Source: Eledone cirrhosa (taxonomy: Eukaryota). Taken from it: 64,000 bases of DNA. Below, one piece after another: positions 43,203 through 56,700 of the stretch. The stretch lies in the NCBI GenBank assembly GCA_964016885.1, contig OZ024741.1:257300001-257364000 (forward strand), written 5' to 3'. The notes below the pieces were generated by a model. That model made no database searches. It saw nothing but the letters and a program-made list of their open reading frames with translations, and had not been told where the DNA came from. Positions within the stretch are counted from its first letter, which is position 1. Every line of letters starts with the position of its first letter. Position numbers and translations under genes: made by a program.

Positions 43203-46080
43203 GTTTCGCTTTACGAGTGTTTCGGCGTACGAGTGTTTCGACTTACGAGTGTTTTGACTTACGTGTGTTTCGGCATACGAGTGTTTTGTCTTACGAGTGT
43301 TTTGACTTACGGGTGTTTCGGCTTACGAGTGTTTCGACTTATGAGTGTTCTGACTTACGAGTGTTCCAACTTACGAGCGTTCCGACTTACGAGTGTTTCG
43401 GCTTACGAGTGTTCCGACTTACGAGTGTTTCGACTTACGAGTGTTTTGACTTACGGTGTTTCGGCTTACGAGTGTTTTGACTTACGAGTGTTTTGACTTA
43501 CGGGTGATTTGACATACGAGTGTTTCGATACGAGTGTTCTGACTTACGAGTGTTCTGACTTACGAGTGTTCTGACTTACGAGTGTTCTGACTTACGAGTG
43601 GTCTGACTTACGGGTGTTCTTACTTACGAGTGTTCCGACTTACGGGTGTTCTGACTTACGTGTGTTCCGACTTACGAGTGTTTCGGTTATGGGTGTTTCG
43701 ACTTACGAGTGTTTCGACTTACGAATGTTTTGGCTTACGAGTGTTTCGGCTTACGAATGTTTTGGCTTACGAGTGTTTCGGCTTACGGGTGTTTCGACTT
43801 ACGAGTGTTTCGACTTACGAGTGTTTTGACTTACGGTGTTTCGGCTTACGATTTATTCGACTTACGAGTGTTTCGACTTACGGGTGTTTCGACTTACTGG
43901 TGTTTCGACTTACGAGTGTTTCGACTTATGAGTGTTTCGACTTACGAGTGTTCTGACTTACGAGTGTTCTGACTTACGAGTGTTCCGACTTACGAGTGTT
44001 TCGGTTTACGAGTGTTTCGACATACGAGTGTTTTGACTTACGGGTGTTTCGACTTACGGGTGTTTCGACTTACGAGTGTTTCGGCTTACGAGTGTTTCGA
44101 CTTACTAATGTTTTTACTTACGAGTGTTTCGGTGTACGAGTGTTTCGACTTAAGGATGTTTCGACTTGCGAGTGTTTCGACTTACGTGTGTTTCGGCTTA
44201 CGTGAGTTTCGACTTAAGAGTGTTCTGATTTACGAGTGTTCTGACTTGCGGGTGTTCTGATTTACGAGTGTTCCGACTTACGAGTGTTTCGGCTTATGAG
44301 TGTTTCGACTTACGAGTGTTTCGGCTTACGAGTGTTTCGACTGATGGGTGTTTCGACTTACGAGTGTTTTTACTTACGGTGTTTCGGCTTACGAGTGTTT
44401 CGACATACGAGTGTTCAGACTTACGAGTGTTCCGACTTACGAGCGTTCCGACTTACGAGTGTTTCGACTTACGAGTGTTAAGACTTACGGGTGTTTTGAC
44501 ATACGAGTGTTTCGATACGAGTGTTTCGACTTACGAGTGTTACGAGTGTTCTGACTTACGAGTGTTCTGACTTACGAGTGTTCTGACTTACGAGTGTTCT
44601 GATTTACGAGTGTTCTGACTTACGAGCGTTCTGACTTACGAGTGTTTCGGCTTACGAGTGTTTCGACTTACGAGTGTTCTGACTTACGAGTGTTCCGACT
44701 TTCGAGCGTTCCGACTTACGAGTGTTTAGGCTTACAAGTGTTCCGACTTACGAGTGTTTCGAGTTACGAGTGTTTTGACTTACGGTGTTTCTGCTTACGA
44801 GTGTTTCGACTTACGAGTGTTAAGACTTACGGGTGTTTTGACATACGAGTGTTTCGATACGAGTGTTTCGACTTACGAGTGTTACGAGTGTTCTGACTTA
44901 CGAGTGTTTCGACTTACGAGTGTTCTGACCTACAAGTGTTCTGACTTACGAGTGTTTCGACTTATGATTGTTTTTTTCACTTACGGGTGTTCCGACTTAC
45001 GAGTGTTTCGACTTACGAGTGTTTGGACTTACGGGTGTTCCGACTTACGAGTGTTTCGGCTTACGATTGTTTCGACTTACGAGTGTTTCGGTTTACGAGT
45101 GTTTCGACTTACGGGTGTTTTGACTTACGATTGTTTGGGCTTACGAATGTTTCGACTTACGAGTGTTTCGACTTACGAGTGTTTTGACTTACGGTGTTTC
45201 GGCTTACGAGTGTTTTGACTTACGAGTGTTTTGACTTACGCGTGTTTTGACATACGAGTGTTTCGATACGAGTGTTCTGACTTACGAGTGTTCTGACTTA
45301 CGAGTGTTCTGACTTACGAGTGGTCTGACTTACGGGTGTTCTGACTTACGAGTGTTCCGACTTACGAGTGTTTCAGCTTATGAGTGTTTCGACTTACGAG
45401 TGCTTCGGTTTGCGAGTGTTTCGACTTACGAGTGTTTCGGCTTACGAGTGTTTCGACTTATGAGTGTTTCGACTTACGAGTGTTTTGACTTATGGTGTTT
45501 CGGCTTACGAGTGTTTCGACATACGAGTGTTTTGACTTACGCGGGTTTCGACTTACGGGTGTTTCGACGTAAGAGTGTTTCGACTTACGAGCGCTTCGAC
45601 TTACGAGTGTTTCGACTTACGAGTGTTTCGGCGTACGAGTGTTTTGACTTACGAGTGTTTCGACTTACGAGTGCTTTGACTTACGAATGTTTTGAATTAC
45701 TTCGACTTACGAGTGTTCCTACTTACGAGTGTTTCGTCTTACGAGTGTTTCGACTTGCGAGTGTTTCGACTTACGAGTGTTTCGACTTACGAGTGTTCTG
45801 ACTTACGAGTGTTCTGACTTACGAGTGTTCTGACTTACGAGTGTTCCGACTTACGAGTGTTTCGACTTACGAGTGTTTTGACTTACGAATGTTCTGACTT
45901 ACGAGTGTTTCGCCTTACGAGTGTTTCGACTTACGAGTGTTTTAACTTACGGGTGTTTCGACTTACGCGTGTTTCGACTTATGAGTGTTTCGATTTACGA
46001 GTGTTTCGACTTACGAATGTTCCGACTTACGAGTGTTTCTACTTACGAGTGTTTCGGCTTACGAGTGTTTCGACTTACGA

Positions 46081-46149
46081 AAATAACAAATAGACGCGGT
46101 TTCAAATATCTATGCTTTTCAAATTCATTACATTAATCTTTATTTATAC
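46081..46149. repeat. 69-bp spacer, copy 16
   Basis: Matches copy 2. Confidence 0.97.
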
Positions 46150-48883
46150 GTTTCGCTTTACGAGTGTTTCGGCGTACGAGTGTTTCGACATACGAGTGTT
46201 TTGACTTACGTGTGTTTCGGCATACGAGTGTTTTGACTTACGAGTGTTTTGACTTACGGGTGTTTCGGCTTACGAGTGTTTCGACTTACGAGTGTTCTGA
46301 CTTACGAGTGTTCCGACTTACGAGCGTTCCGACTTACGAGTGTTTCGGCTTACGAGTGTTCCGACTTACGAGTGTTTCGACTTACGAGTGTTTTGACTTA
46401 CGGTGTTTCGGCTTACGAGTGTTTCGACTTACGAGTGTTTTGACTTACGGGTGATTTGACATACGAGTGTTTCGATACGAGTGTTCTGACTTACGAGTGT
46501 TCTGACTTACGAGTGTTCTGACTTACGAGTGTTCTGACTTACGAGTGGTCTGACTTACGGGTGTTCTTACTTACGAGTGTTCCGACTTACGGGTGTTCTG
46601 ACTTACGTGTGTTCCGACTTACGAGTGTTTCGGTTATGGGTGTTTCGACTTACGAGTGTTTCGACTTACGAATGTTTTGGCTTACGAGTGTTTCGGCTTA
46701 CGAATGTTTTGGCTTACGAGTGTTTCGGCTTACGAGTGTTTTGACTTACGGTGTTTCGGCTTACGATTTATTCGACTTACGAGTGTTTCGACTTACGGGT
46801 GTTTCGACTTACTGGTGTTTCGACTTACGAGTGTTTCGACTTATGAGTGTTTCGACTTACGAGTGTTCTGACTTACGAGTGTTCTGACTTACGAGTGTTC
46901 CGACTTACGAGTGTTTCGGTTTACGAGTGTTTCGACATACGAGTGTTTTGACTTACGGGTGTTTCGACTTACGGGTGTTTCGACTTACGAGTGTTTCGGC
47001 TTACGAGTGTTTCGACTTACTAATGTTTTTACTTACGAGTGTTTCGGTGTACGAGTGTTTCGACTTAAGGATGTTTCGACTTGCGAGTGTTTCGACTTAC
47101 GTGTGTTTCGGCTTACGTGAGTTTCGACTTAAGAGTGTTCTGATTTACGAGTGTTCTGACTTGCGGGTGTTCTGATTTACGAGTGTTCCGACTTACGAGT
47201 GTTTCGGCTGATGAGTGTTTCGACTTACGAGTGTTTCGGCTTACGAGTGTTTCGACTGATGGGTGTTTCGACTTACGAGTGTTTTTACTTACGGTGTTTC
47301 GGCTTACGAGTGTTTCGACATACGAGTGTTCAGACTTACGAGTGTTCCGACTTACGAGCGTTCCGACTTACGAGTGTTTCGACTTACGAGTGTTAAGACT
47401 TACGGGTGTTTTGACATACGAGTGTTTCGATACGAGTGTTTCGACTTACGAGTGTTACGAGTGTTCTGACTTACGAGTGTTCTGACTTACGAGTGTTCTG
47501 ACTTACGAGTGTTCTGATTTACGAGTGTTCTGACTTACGAGCGTTCTGACTTACGAGTGTTTCGGCTTACGAGTGTTTCGACTTACGAGTGTTCCGACTT
47601 TCGAGCGTTCCGACTTACGAGTGTTTAGGCTTACAAGTGTTCCGACTTACGAGTGTTTCGAGTTACGAGTGTTTTGACTTACGGTGTTTCTGCTTACGAG
47701 TGTTTCGACTTACGAGTGTTAAGACTTACGGGTGTTTTGACATACGAGTGTTTCGATACGAGTGTTTCGACTTACGAGTGTTACGAGTGTTCTGACTTAC
47801 GAGTGTTTCGACTTACGATTGTTTTTTTCACTTACGGGTGTTCCGACTTACGAGTGTTTCGACTTACGAGTGTTTGGACTTACGGGTGTTCCGACTTACG
47901 AGTGTTTCGTCTTACGATTGTTTCGACTTACGAGTGTTTCGGTTTACGAGTGTTTCGACTTACGAGTGTTTTGACTTACGGTGTTTCGGCTTACGAGTGT
48001 TTTGACTTACGAGTGTTTTGACTTACGCGTGTTTTGACATACGAGTGTTTCGATACGAGTGTTCTGACTTACGAGTGTTCTGACTTACGAGTGTTCTGAC
48101 TTACGAGTGGTCTGACTTACGGGTGTTCTGACTTACGAGTGTTCCGACTTACGAGTGTTTCAGCTTATGAGTGTTTCGACTTACGAGTGCTTCGGTTTAC
48201 GAGTGTTTCGACTTACGAGTGTTTCGGCTTACGAGTGTTTCGACTTATGAGTGTTTCGACTTACGAGTGTTTTGACTTATGGTGTTTCGGCTTACGAGTG
48301 TTTCGACATACGAGTGTTTTGACTTACGCGGGTTTCGACTTACGGGGTTTTCGACGTAAGAGTGTTTCGACTTACGAGCGCTTCGACTTACGAGTGTTTC
48401 GACTTACGAGTGTTTCGGCGTACGAGTGTTTTGACTTACGAGTGTTTCGACTTACGAGTGCTTTGACTTACGAATGTTTTGAATTACTTCGACTTACGAG
48501 TGATCTGACTTACGAGTGTTCCTACTTACGAGTGTTTCGTCTTACGAGTGTTTCGACTTGCGAGTGTTTCGACTTACGAGTGTTTCGACTTACGAGTGTT
48601 CTGACTTACGAGTGTTCTGACTTACGAGTGTTCTGACTTACGAGTGTTCCGACTTACGAGTGTTTCGACTTACGAGTGTTTTGACTTACGAATGTTCTGA
48701 CTTACGAGTGTTTCGCCTTACGAGTGTTTCGACTTACGAGTGTTTTAACTTACGGGTGTTTCGACTTACGCGTGTTTCGACTTACGAGTGTTTCGATTTA
48801 CGAGTGTTTCGACTTACGAATGTTCCGACTTACAAGTGTTTCTACTTACGAGTGTTTCGGCTTACGAGTGTTTCGACTTACGA

Positions 48884-48952
48884 TAATAACAAATAGACGC
48901 GGTTTCAAATATCTATGCTTTTCAAATTCATTACATTAATCTTTATTTATAC
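48884..48952. repeat. 69-bp spacer, copy 17 (T allele)
   Basis: Matches copy 1. Confidence 0.97.
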
Positions 48953-50754
48953 GTTTCGCTTTACGAGTGTTTCGGCGTACGAGTGTTTCGACATACGAGT
49001 GTTTTGACTTACGTGTGTTTCGGCATACGAGTGTTTTGACTTACGAGTGTTTTGACTTACGGGTGTTTCGGCTTACGAGTGTTTCGACTTACGAGTGTTC
49101 TGACTTACGAGTGTTCCGACTTACGAGCGTTCCGACTTACGAGTGTTTCGGCTTACGAGTGTTCCGACTTACGAGTGTTTCGACTTACGAGTGTTTTGAC
49201 TTACGGTGTTTCGGCTTACGAGTGTTTTGACTTACGAGTGTTTTGACTTACGGGTGATTTGACATACGAGTGTTTCGATACGAGTGTTCTGACTTACGAG
49301 TGTTCTGACTTACGAGTGTTCTGACTTACGAGTGTTCTGACTTACGAGTGGTCTGACTTACGGGTGTTCTTACTTACGAGTGTTCTGATTTACGAGTGTT
49401 CTGACTTACGAGCGTTCTGACTTACGAGTGTTTCGGCTTACGAGTGTTTCGACTTACGAGTGTTCCGACTTTCGAGCGTTCCGACTTACGAGTGTTTAGG
49501 CTTACAAGTGTTCCGACTTACGAGTGTTTCGAGTTACGAGTGTTTTGACTTACGGTGTTTCTGCTTACGAGTGTTTCGACTTACGAGTGTTAAGACTTAC
49601 GGGTGTTTTGACATACGAGTGTTTCGATACGAGTGTTTCGACTTACGAGTGTTACGAGTGTTCTGACTTACGAGTGTTTCGACTTACGATTGTTTTTTTC
49701 ACTTACGGGTGTTCCGACTTACGAGTGTTTCGACTTACGAGTGTTTGGACTTACGGGTGTTCCGACTTACGAGTGTTTCGGCTTACGATTGTTTCGACTT
49801 ACGAGTGTTTCGGTTTACGAGTGTTTCGACTTACGAGTGTTTTGACTTACGGTGTTTCGGCTTACGAGTGTTTTGACTTACGAGTGTTTTGACTTACGCG
49901 TGTTTTGACATACGAGTGTTTCGATACGAGTGTTCTGACTTACGAGTGTTCTGACTTACGAGTGTTCTGACTTACGAGTGGTCTGACTTACGGGTGTTCT
50001 GACTTACGAGTGTTCCGACTTACGAGTGTTTCAGCTTATGAGTGTTTCGACTTACGAGTGCTTCGGTTTACGAGTGTTTCGACTTACGAGTGTTTCGGCT
50101 TACGAGTGTTTCGACTTATGAGTGTTTCGACTTACGAGTGTTTTGACTTATGGTGTTTCGGCTTACGAGTGTTTCGACATACGAGTGTTTTGACTTACGC
50201 GGGTTTCGACTTACGGGGTTTTCGACGTAAGAGTGTTTCGACTTACGAGCGCTTCGACTTACGAGTGTTTCGACTTACGAGTGTTTCGGCGTACGAGTGT
50301 TTTGACTTACGAGTGTTTCGACTTACGAGTGCTTTGACTTACGAATGTTTTGAATTACTTCGACTTACGAGTGATCTGACTTACGAGTGTTCCTACTTAC
50401 GAGTGTTTCGTCTTACGAGTGTTTCGACTTGCGAGTGTTTCGACTTACGAGTGTTTCGACTTACGAGTGTTCTGACTTACGAGTGTTCTGACTTACGAGT
50501 GTTCTGACTTACGAGTGTTCCGACTTACGAGTGTTTCGACTTACGAGTGTTTTGACTTACGAATGTTCTGACTTACGAGTGTTTCGCCTTACGAGTGTTT
50601 CGACTTACGAGTGTTTTAACTTACGGGTGTTTCGACTTACGCGTGTTTCGACTTACGAGTGTTTCGATTTACGAGTGTTTCGACTTACGAATGTTCCGAC
50701 TTACGAGTGTTTCTACTTACGAGTGTTTCGGCTTACGAGTGTTTCGACTTACGA

Positions 50755-50823
50755 TAATAACAAATAGACGCGGTTTCAAATATCTATGCTTTTCAAATTC
50801 ATTACATTAATCTTTATTTATAC
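50755..50823. repeat. 69-bp spacer, copy 18 (T allele)
   Basis: Matches copy 1. Confidence 0.97.
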
Positions 50824-53670
50824 GTTTCGCTTTACGAGTGTTTCGGCGTACGAGTGTTTCGACATACGAGTGTTTTGACTTACGTGTGTTTCGGCATACG
50901 AGTGTTTTGACTTACGAGTGTTTTGACTTACGGGTGTTTCGGCTTACGAGTGTTTCGACTTACGAGTGTTCTGACTTACGAGTGTTCCGACTTACGAGCG
51001 TTCCGACTTACGAGTGTTTCGGCTTACGAGTGTTCCGACTTACGAGTGTTTCGACTTACGAGTGTTTTGACTTACGGTGTTTCGGCTTACGAGTGTTTTG
51101 ACTTACGAGTGTTTTGACTTACGGGTGATTTGACATACGAGTGTTTCGATACGAGTGTTCTGACTTACGAGTGTTCTGACTTACGAGTGTTCTGACTTAC
51201 GAGTGTTCTGACTTACGAGTGGTCTGACTTACGGGTGTTCTTACTTACGAGTGTTCCGACTTACGGGTGTTCTGACTTACGTGTGTTCCGACTTACGAGT
51301 GTTTCGGTTATGGGTGTTTCGACTTACGAGTGTTTCGACTTACGAATGTTTTGGCTTACGAGTGTTTCGGCTTACGAATGTTTTGGCTTACGAGTGTTTC
51401 GGCTTACGAGTGTTTTGACTTACGGTGTTTCGGCTTACGATTTATTCGACTTACGAGTGTTTCGACTTACGGGTGATTCGACTTACTGGTGTTTCGACTT
51501 ACGAGTGTTTCGACTTATGAGTGTTTCGACTTACGAGTGTTCTGACTTACGAGTGTTCTGACTTACGAGTGTTCCGACTTACGAGTGTTTCGGTTTACGA
51601 GTGTTTCGACATACGAGTGTTTTGACTTACGGGTGTTTCGACTTACGGGTGTTTCGACTTACGAGTGTTTCGGCTTACGAGTGTTTCGACTTACTCATGT
51701 TTTTACTTACGAGTGTTTCGGTGTACGAGTGTTTCGACTTAAGGATGTTTCGACTTGCGAGTGTTTCGACTTACGTGTGTTTCGGCTTACGTGAGTTTCG
51801 ACTTAAGAGTGTTCTGATTTACGAGTGTTCTGACTTGCGGGTGTTCTGATTTACGAGTGTTCCGACTTACGAGTGTTTCGGCTTATGAGTGTTTCGACTT
51901 ACGAGTGTTTCGGCTTACGAGTGTTTCGACTGATGGGTGTTTCGACTTACGAGTGTTTTTACTTACGGTGTTTCGGCTTACGAGTGTTTCGACATACGAG
52001 TGTTCAGACTTACGAGTGTTCCGACTTACGAGCGTTCCGACTTACGAGTGTTTCGACTTACGAGTGTTAAGACTTACGGGTGTTTTGACATACGAGTGTT
52101 TCGATACGAGTGTTTCGACTTACGAGTGTTACGAGTGTTCTGACTTACGAGTGTTCTGACTTACGAGTGTTCTGACTTACGAGTGTTCTGATTTACGAGT
52201 GTTCTGACTTACGAGCGTTCTGACTTACGAGTGTTTCGGCTTACGAGTGTTTCGACTTACGAGTGTTCTGACTTACGAGTGTTGCGACTTTCGAGCGTTC
52301 CGACTTACGAGTGTTTAGGCTTACAAGTGTTCCGACTTACGAGTGTTTCGAGTTACGAGTGTTTTGACTTACGGTGTTTCTGCTTACGAGTGTTTCGACT
52401 TACGAGTGTTAAGACTTACGGGTGTTTTGACATACGAGTGTTTCGATACGAGTGTTTCGACTTACGAGTGTTACGAGTGTTCTGACTTACGAGTGTTTCG
52501 ACTTACGAGTGTTCTGACCTACAAGTGTTCTGACTTACGAGTGTTTCGACTTACGATTGTTTTTTTCACTTACGGGTGTTCCGACTTACGAGTGTTTCGA
52601 CTTACGAGTGTTTGGACTTACGGGTGTTCAGACTTACGAGTGTTTCGGCTTACGATTGTTTCGACTTACGAGTGTTTCGGTTTACGAGTGTTTCGACTTA
52701 CGGGTGTTTTGACTTACGATTGTTTGGGCTTACGAATGTTTCGACTTACGAGTGTTTCGACTTACGAGTGTTTTGACTTACGAGTGTTTTGACTTACGCG
52801 TGTTTTGACATACGAGTGTTTCGATACGAGTGTTCTGACTTACGAGTGTTCTGACTTACGAGTGTTCTGACTTACGAGTGTTCTGACTTACGAGTGGTCT
52901 GACTTACGGGTGTTCTGACTTACGAGTGTTCCGACTTACGAGTGTTTCAGCTTATGAGTGTTTCGACTTACGAGTGCTTCGGTTTGCGAGTGTTTCGACT
53001 TACGAGTGTTTCGGCTTACGAGTGTTTCGACTTATGAGTGTTTCGACTTACGAGTGTTTTGACTTATGGTGTTTCGGCTTACGAGTGTTTCGACATACGA
53101 GTGTTTTGACTTACGCGGGTTTCGACTTACGGGTGTTTCGACGTAAGAGTGTTTCGACTTACGAGCGCTTCGACTTACGAGTGTTTCGACTTACGAGTGT
53201 TTCGGCGTACGAGTGTTTTGACTTACGAGTGTTTCGACTTACGAGTGCTTTGACTTACGAATGTTTTGAATTACTTCGACTTACGAGTGATCTGACTTAC
53301 GAGTGTTCATACTTACGAGTGTTTCGTCTTACGAGTGTTTCGACTTGCGAGTGTTTCGACTTACGAGTGTTTCGACTTACGAGTGTTCTGACTTACGAGT
53401 GTTCTGACTTACGAGTGTTCTGACTTACGAGTGTTCCGACTTACGAGTGTTTCGACTTACGAGTGTTTTGACTTACGAATGTTCTGACTTACGAGTGTTT
53501 CGCCTTACGAGTGTTTCGACTTACGAGTGTTTTAACTTACGGGTGTTTCGACTTACGCGTGTTTCGACTTACGAGTGTTTCGATTTACGAGTGTTTCGAC
53601 TTACGAATGTTCCGACTTACGAGTGTTTCTACTTACGAGTGTTTCGGCTTACGAGTGTTTCGACTTACGA

Positions 53671-53739
53671 AAATAACAAATAGACGCGGTTTCAAATATC
53701 TATGCTTTTCAAATTCATTACATTAATGTTTATTTATAC
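53671..53739. repeat. 69-bp spacer, copy 19 (last)
   Basis: A allele with one private change (ATTAATGTTT instead of ATTAATCTTT). Confidence 0.97.
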
Positions 53740-56700
53740 GTTTCGCTTTACGAGTGTTTCGGCGTACGAGTGTTTCGACTTACGAGTGTTTTAACTTACG
53801 GTTGTTTAGACTTACGTGTTTTTCGACTACGAATGTTCCGACTTACGAGTGTTTCGACTTACGAGTGTTTCGACTTACGAGTGCTTTGACTTACGAATGT
53901 TTTGACTTACTTCGACTTACGAGTGATCTGACTTACGAGTGTTCCTACTTACGAGTGTTTCGACTTACGAGTGTTTCGACTTGCGACTGTTTCGACTTAC
54001 GAGTGTTTCGGCTTACGAGTGTTTCGGTGTTTCGGCTTACGTTTGTTTCGACTTACGAGTGTTTCGACTTACGAGTGTTTCGGCTTATGAGTGTTTCGAC
54101 TTACGAGTGCTTCTGCTTACGAGTGTTTCGACTTACGAGTATTTCGGCTTACGAGTGTTTCGACGTACGAATGTTTTGGCTTACGAGTGTTTCGGCTTAT
54201 GAATGTTTCGACTTACGAGTGTTTCGACTTACGAGTGTTTCGGCTTACGAGTGTTACGAGTGTTCTGACTTACGAGTGTTTCGACTTACGAGTGTTCTGA
54301 CCTACGAGCGTTCTGACTTACGAGTGTTTCGACTTACGAGTGTTTTGACTTACGGGTGTTTCGACTTACGAGTGTTTCGAGTTACGAGTGTTTCGAGTTA
54401 CGAGTGTTTCGACTTACGAGTGTTCTGACTTACGAGTGTTCCGACTTACGAGCGTTCCGACTTACGAGTGTTTCGACTTACGAGTGTTAAGACTTACGGG
54501 TGTTTTGACATACGAGTGTTTCGATACGAGTGTTTCGACTTACGAGTGTTACGAGTGTTCTGACTTACGAGTGTTTCGACTTACGAGTGTTCTGACCTAC
54601 GAGTGTTCTGACTTACGAGTGTTTCGACTTACGAGTGTTTTGACTTACGGGTGTTTCGACTTACCAGTGTTTCGACTTACGAGTGTTTCGAGTTACGAGT
54701 GTTTCGACTTACGAGTGTTTTGACTTACGAATGTTCCGACTTACGGGTGTTTCGGCTTACGAGTGTTTCGACTTACGAGTGTTTTAACTTACGGGTGTTT
54801 CGACTTACACGTGTTTGGACTTGCGAGTGTTTCGACGTACGAGTGTTTCGACTACGAATGTTCCGACTTACGAGTGTTTCGACTTACGAGTGTTTCGACT
54901 TACGAGTAATCTGACTTACGGGTGTTCCGACTTACGAGTGTTTCGGCTTACGATTGTTTTGACTTACGATTGTTTGGCTTACGAATGTTTCGACTTACGA
55001 GTGTTTCGACTTACGAGTGTTTTGACTTACGGTGTTTCGGCTTACGAGTGTTTCGACTTACGAGTGTTTTGACTTACGGGTGTTTTGACATACGAGTGTT
55101 TCGATACGAGTGTTCTGACTTACGAGTGTTCTGACTTACGGGTGTTCTGACTTACGAGTGTTCCGACTTACGAGTGTTTCGACTTATGAGGGTTTCGACT
55201 TACGAGTGCTTCGGCTTACGAGTGTTTCGACTTACGAGTGTTTCGGCTTACGAGTGTTTCGACTTACGAATGTTTTGGCTTACGAGTGTTTCGGCTTACG
55301 AGTGTTTCGACTTACGAGTGTTTCGACTTATGGTGTTTCGGCTTACGAGTGTTTCGACATACGAGTGTTTTGACGTACGGGTGTTTCGACCTACGGGTCT
55401 TTCGACTTACGAGTGTTTCGACTTACGAGTGTTTCGGCGTACGAGTGTTCCGACTTTCGAGTGTTTCGACTTACGAGTGTTTCGACTTACGAGTGTTTCG
55501 ACTTACGAGTGTTTTGAATTACGAGTGTTTTGACTTACGGTGTTTCTGCTTACGAGTGTTTCGACTTACGAGTGTTATGACTTACGGGTGTTTTGACATA
55601 CGAGTGTTTTCGATACGAGTGTTTCGACTTACGAGTGTTTTGACTTACGAGTGTTTCGAGTTACGAGTGTTTCGACTTACGAATGTTTTTACTTGCGAAT
55701 GTTCTGACTTACGGGTGTTTCGGCTTACGAGTGTTTCGACTTACGAGTGTTTTAAATTACGGGTGTTTCTACTTACGCGTGTTTCGACTTGCAAGTGTTT
55801 CGACTTACGAGTGTTTCGACTACGAATGTTCCGACTTACGAGTGTTTCGACTTATGAGTGTTTCGACTTACGAGTGTTCTGACTTACGGGTGTTCCGACT
55901 TACGAGTGTTTCGGCTTACGATTGTTTTGACTTACGATTGTATTGGCTTACGAATGTTTCGACTTACTTCGACTTACGAGTGATCTGACTTACGAGTGTT
56001 CCTACTTACGAGTGTTTCGACTTAGGAGTGTTTCGACTTGCGAGTGTTTCGACTTACGAGTGTTTCGGCTTACGAGTGTTTGGGTGTTTCGGCTCACGTG
56101 TGTTTCGACTTACGAGTGTTTCGACTTACGAGTGTTTCGGCTTATGAGTGTTTCGACTTACGAGTGCTTCGGCTTACGAGTGTTTCGACTTACGAGTGTT
56201 TCGGCTTACGAGTGTTTCGACGTACGAATGTTTTGGCTTACGAGTGTTTCGGCTTATGAGTGTTTCGACTTACGAGTGTTTCGACTTACGAGTGTTTCGG
56301 CTTACGAGTGTTTCGACTTACGAGTGTTTCGGCTTACGAGTGTTTCAGTGTTTCGGCTTACGTGTTTTTTGACTTACGAGTGTTTCGACTTACGAGTGTT
56401 TCGGCTTACGAGTGTTTCGACTTACGATTGTTTGGGCTTACGAATGTTTCGACTTACGAGTGTTTCGACTTACGAGTGTTTTGACTTACGGTGTTTCGGC
56501 TTACGAGTGTTTTGACTTACGAGTGTTTTGACTTACGCGTGTTTTGACATACGAGTGTTTCGATACGAGTGTTCTGACTTACGAGTGTTCTGACTTACGA
56601 GTGTTCTGACTTACGAGTGTTCTGACTTACGAGTGGTCTGACTTACGGGTGTTCTGACTTACGAGTGTTCCGACTTACGAGTGTTTCAGCTTATGAGTGT

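Larger units (their letters stand above)
28383..44641 (+). repeat. Tandem 8,129-bp super-repeat (two adjacent copies; a third at ~10189-18318)
   Basis: Spacer intervals 2904+3653+1572=8129 recur. ORF-track coordinates repeat at +8129 (28531/36660, 33602/41731, 35867/43996). Confidence 0.93.
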
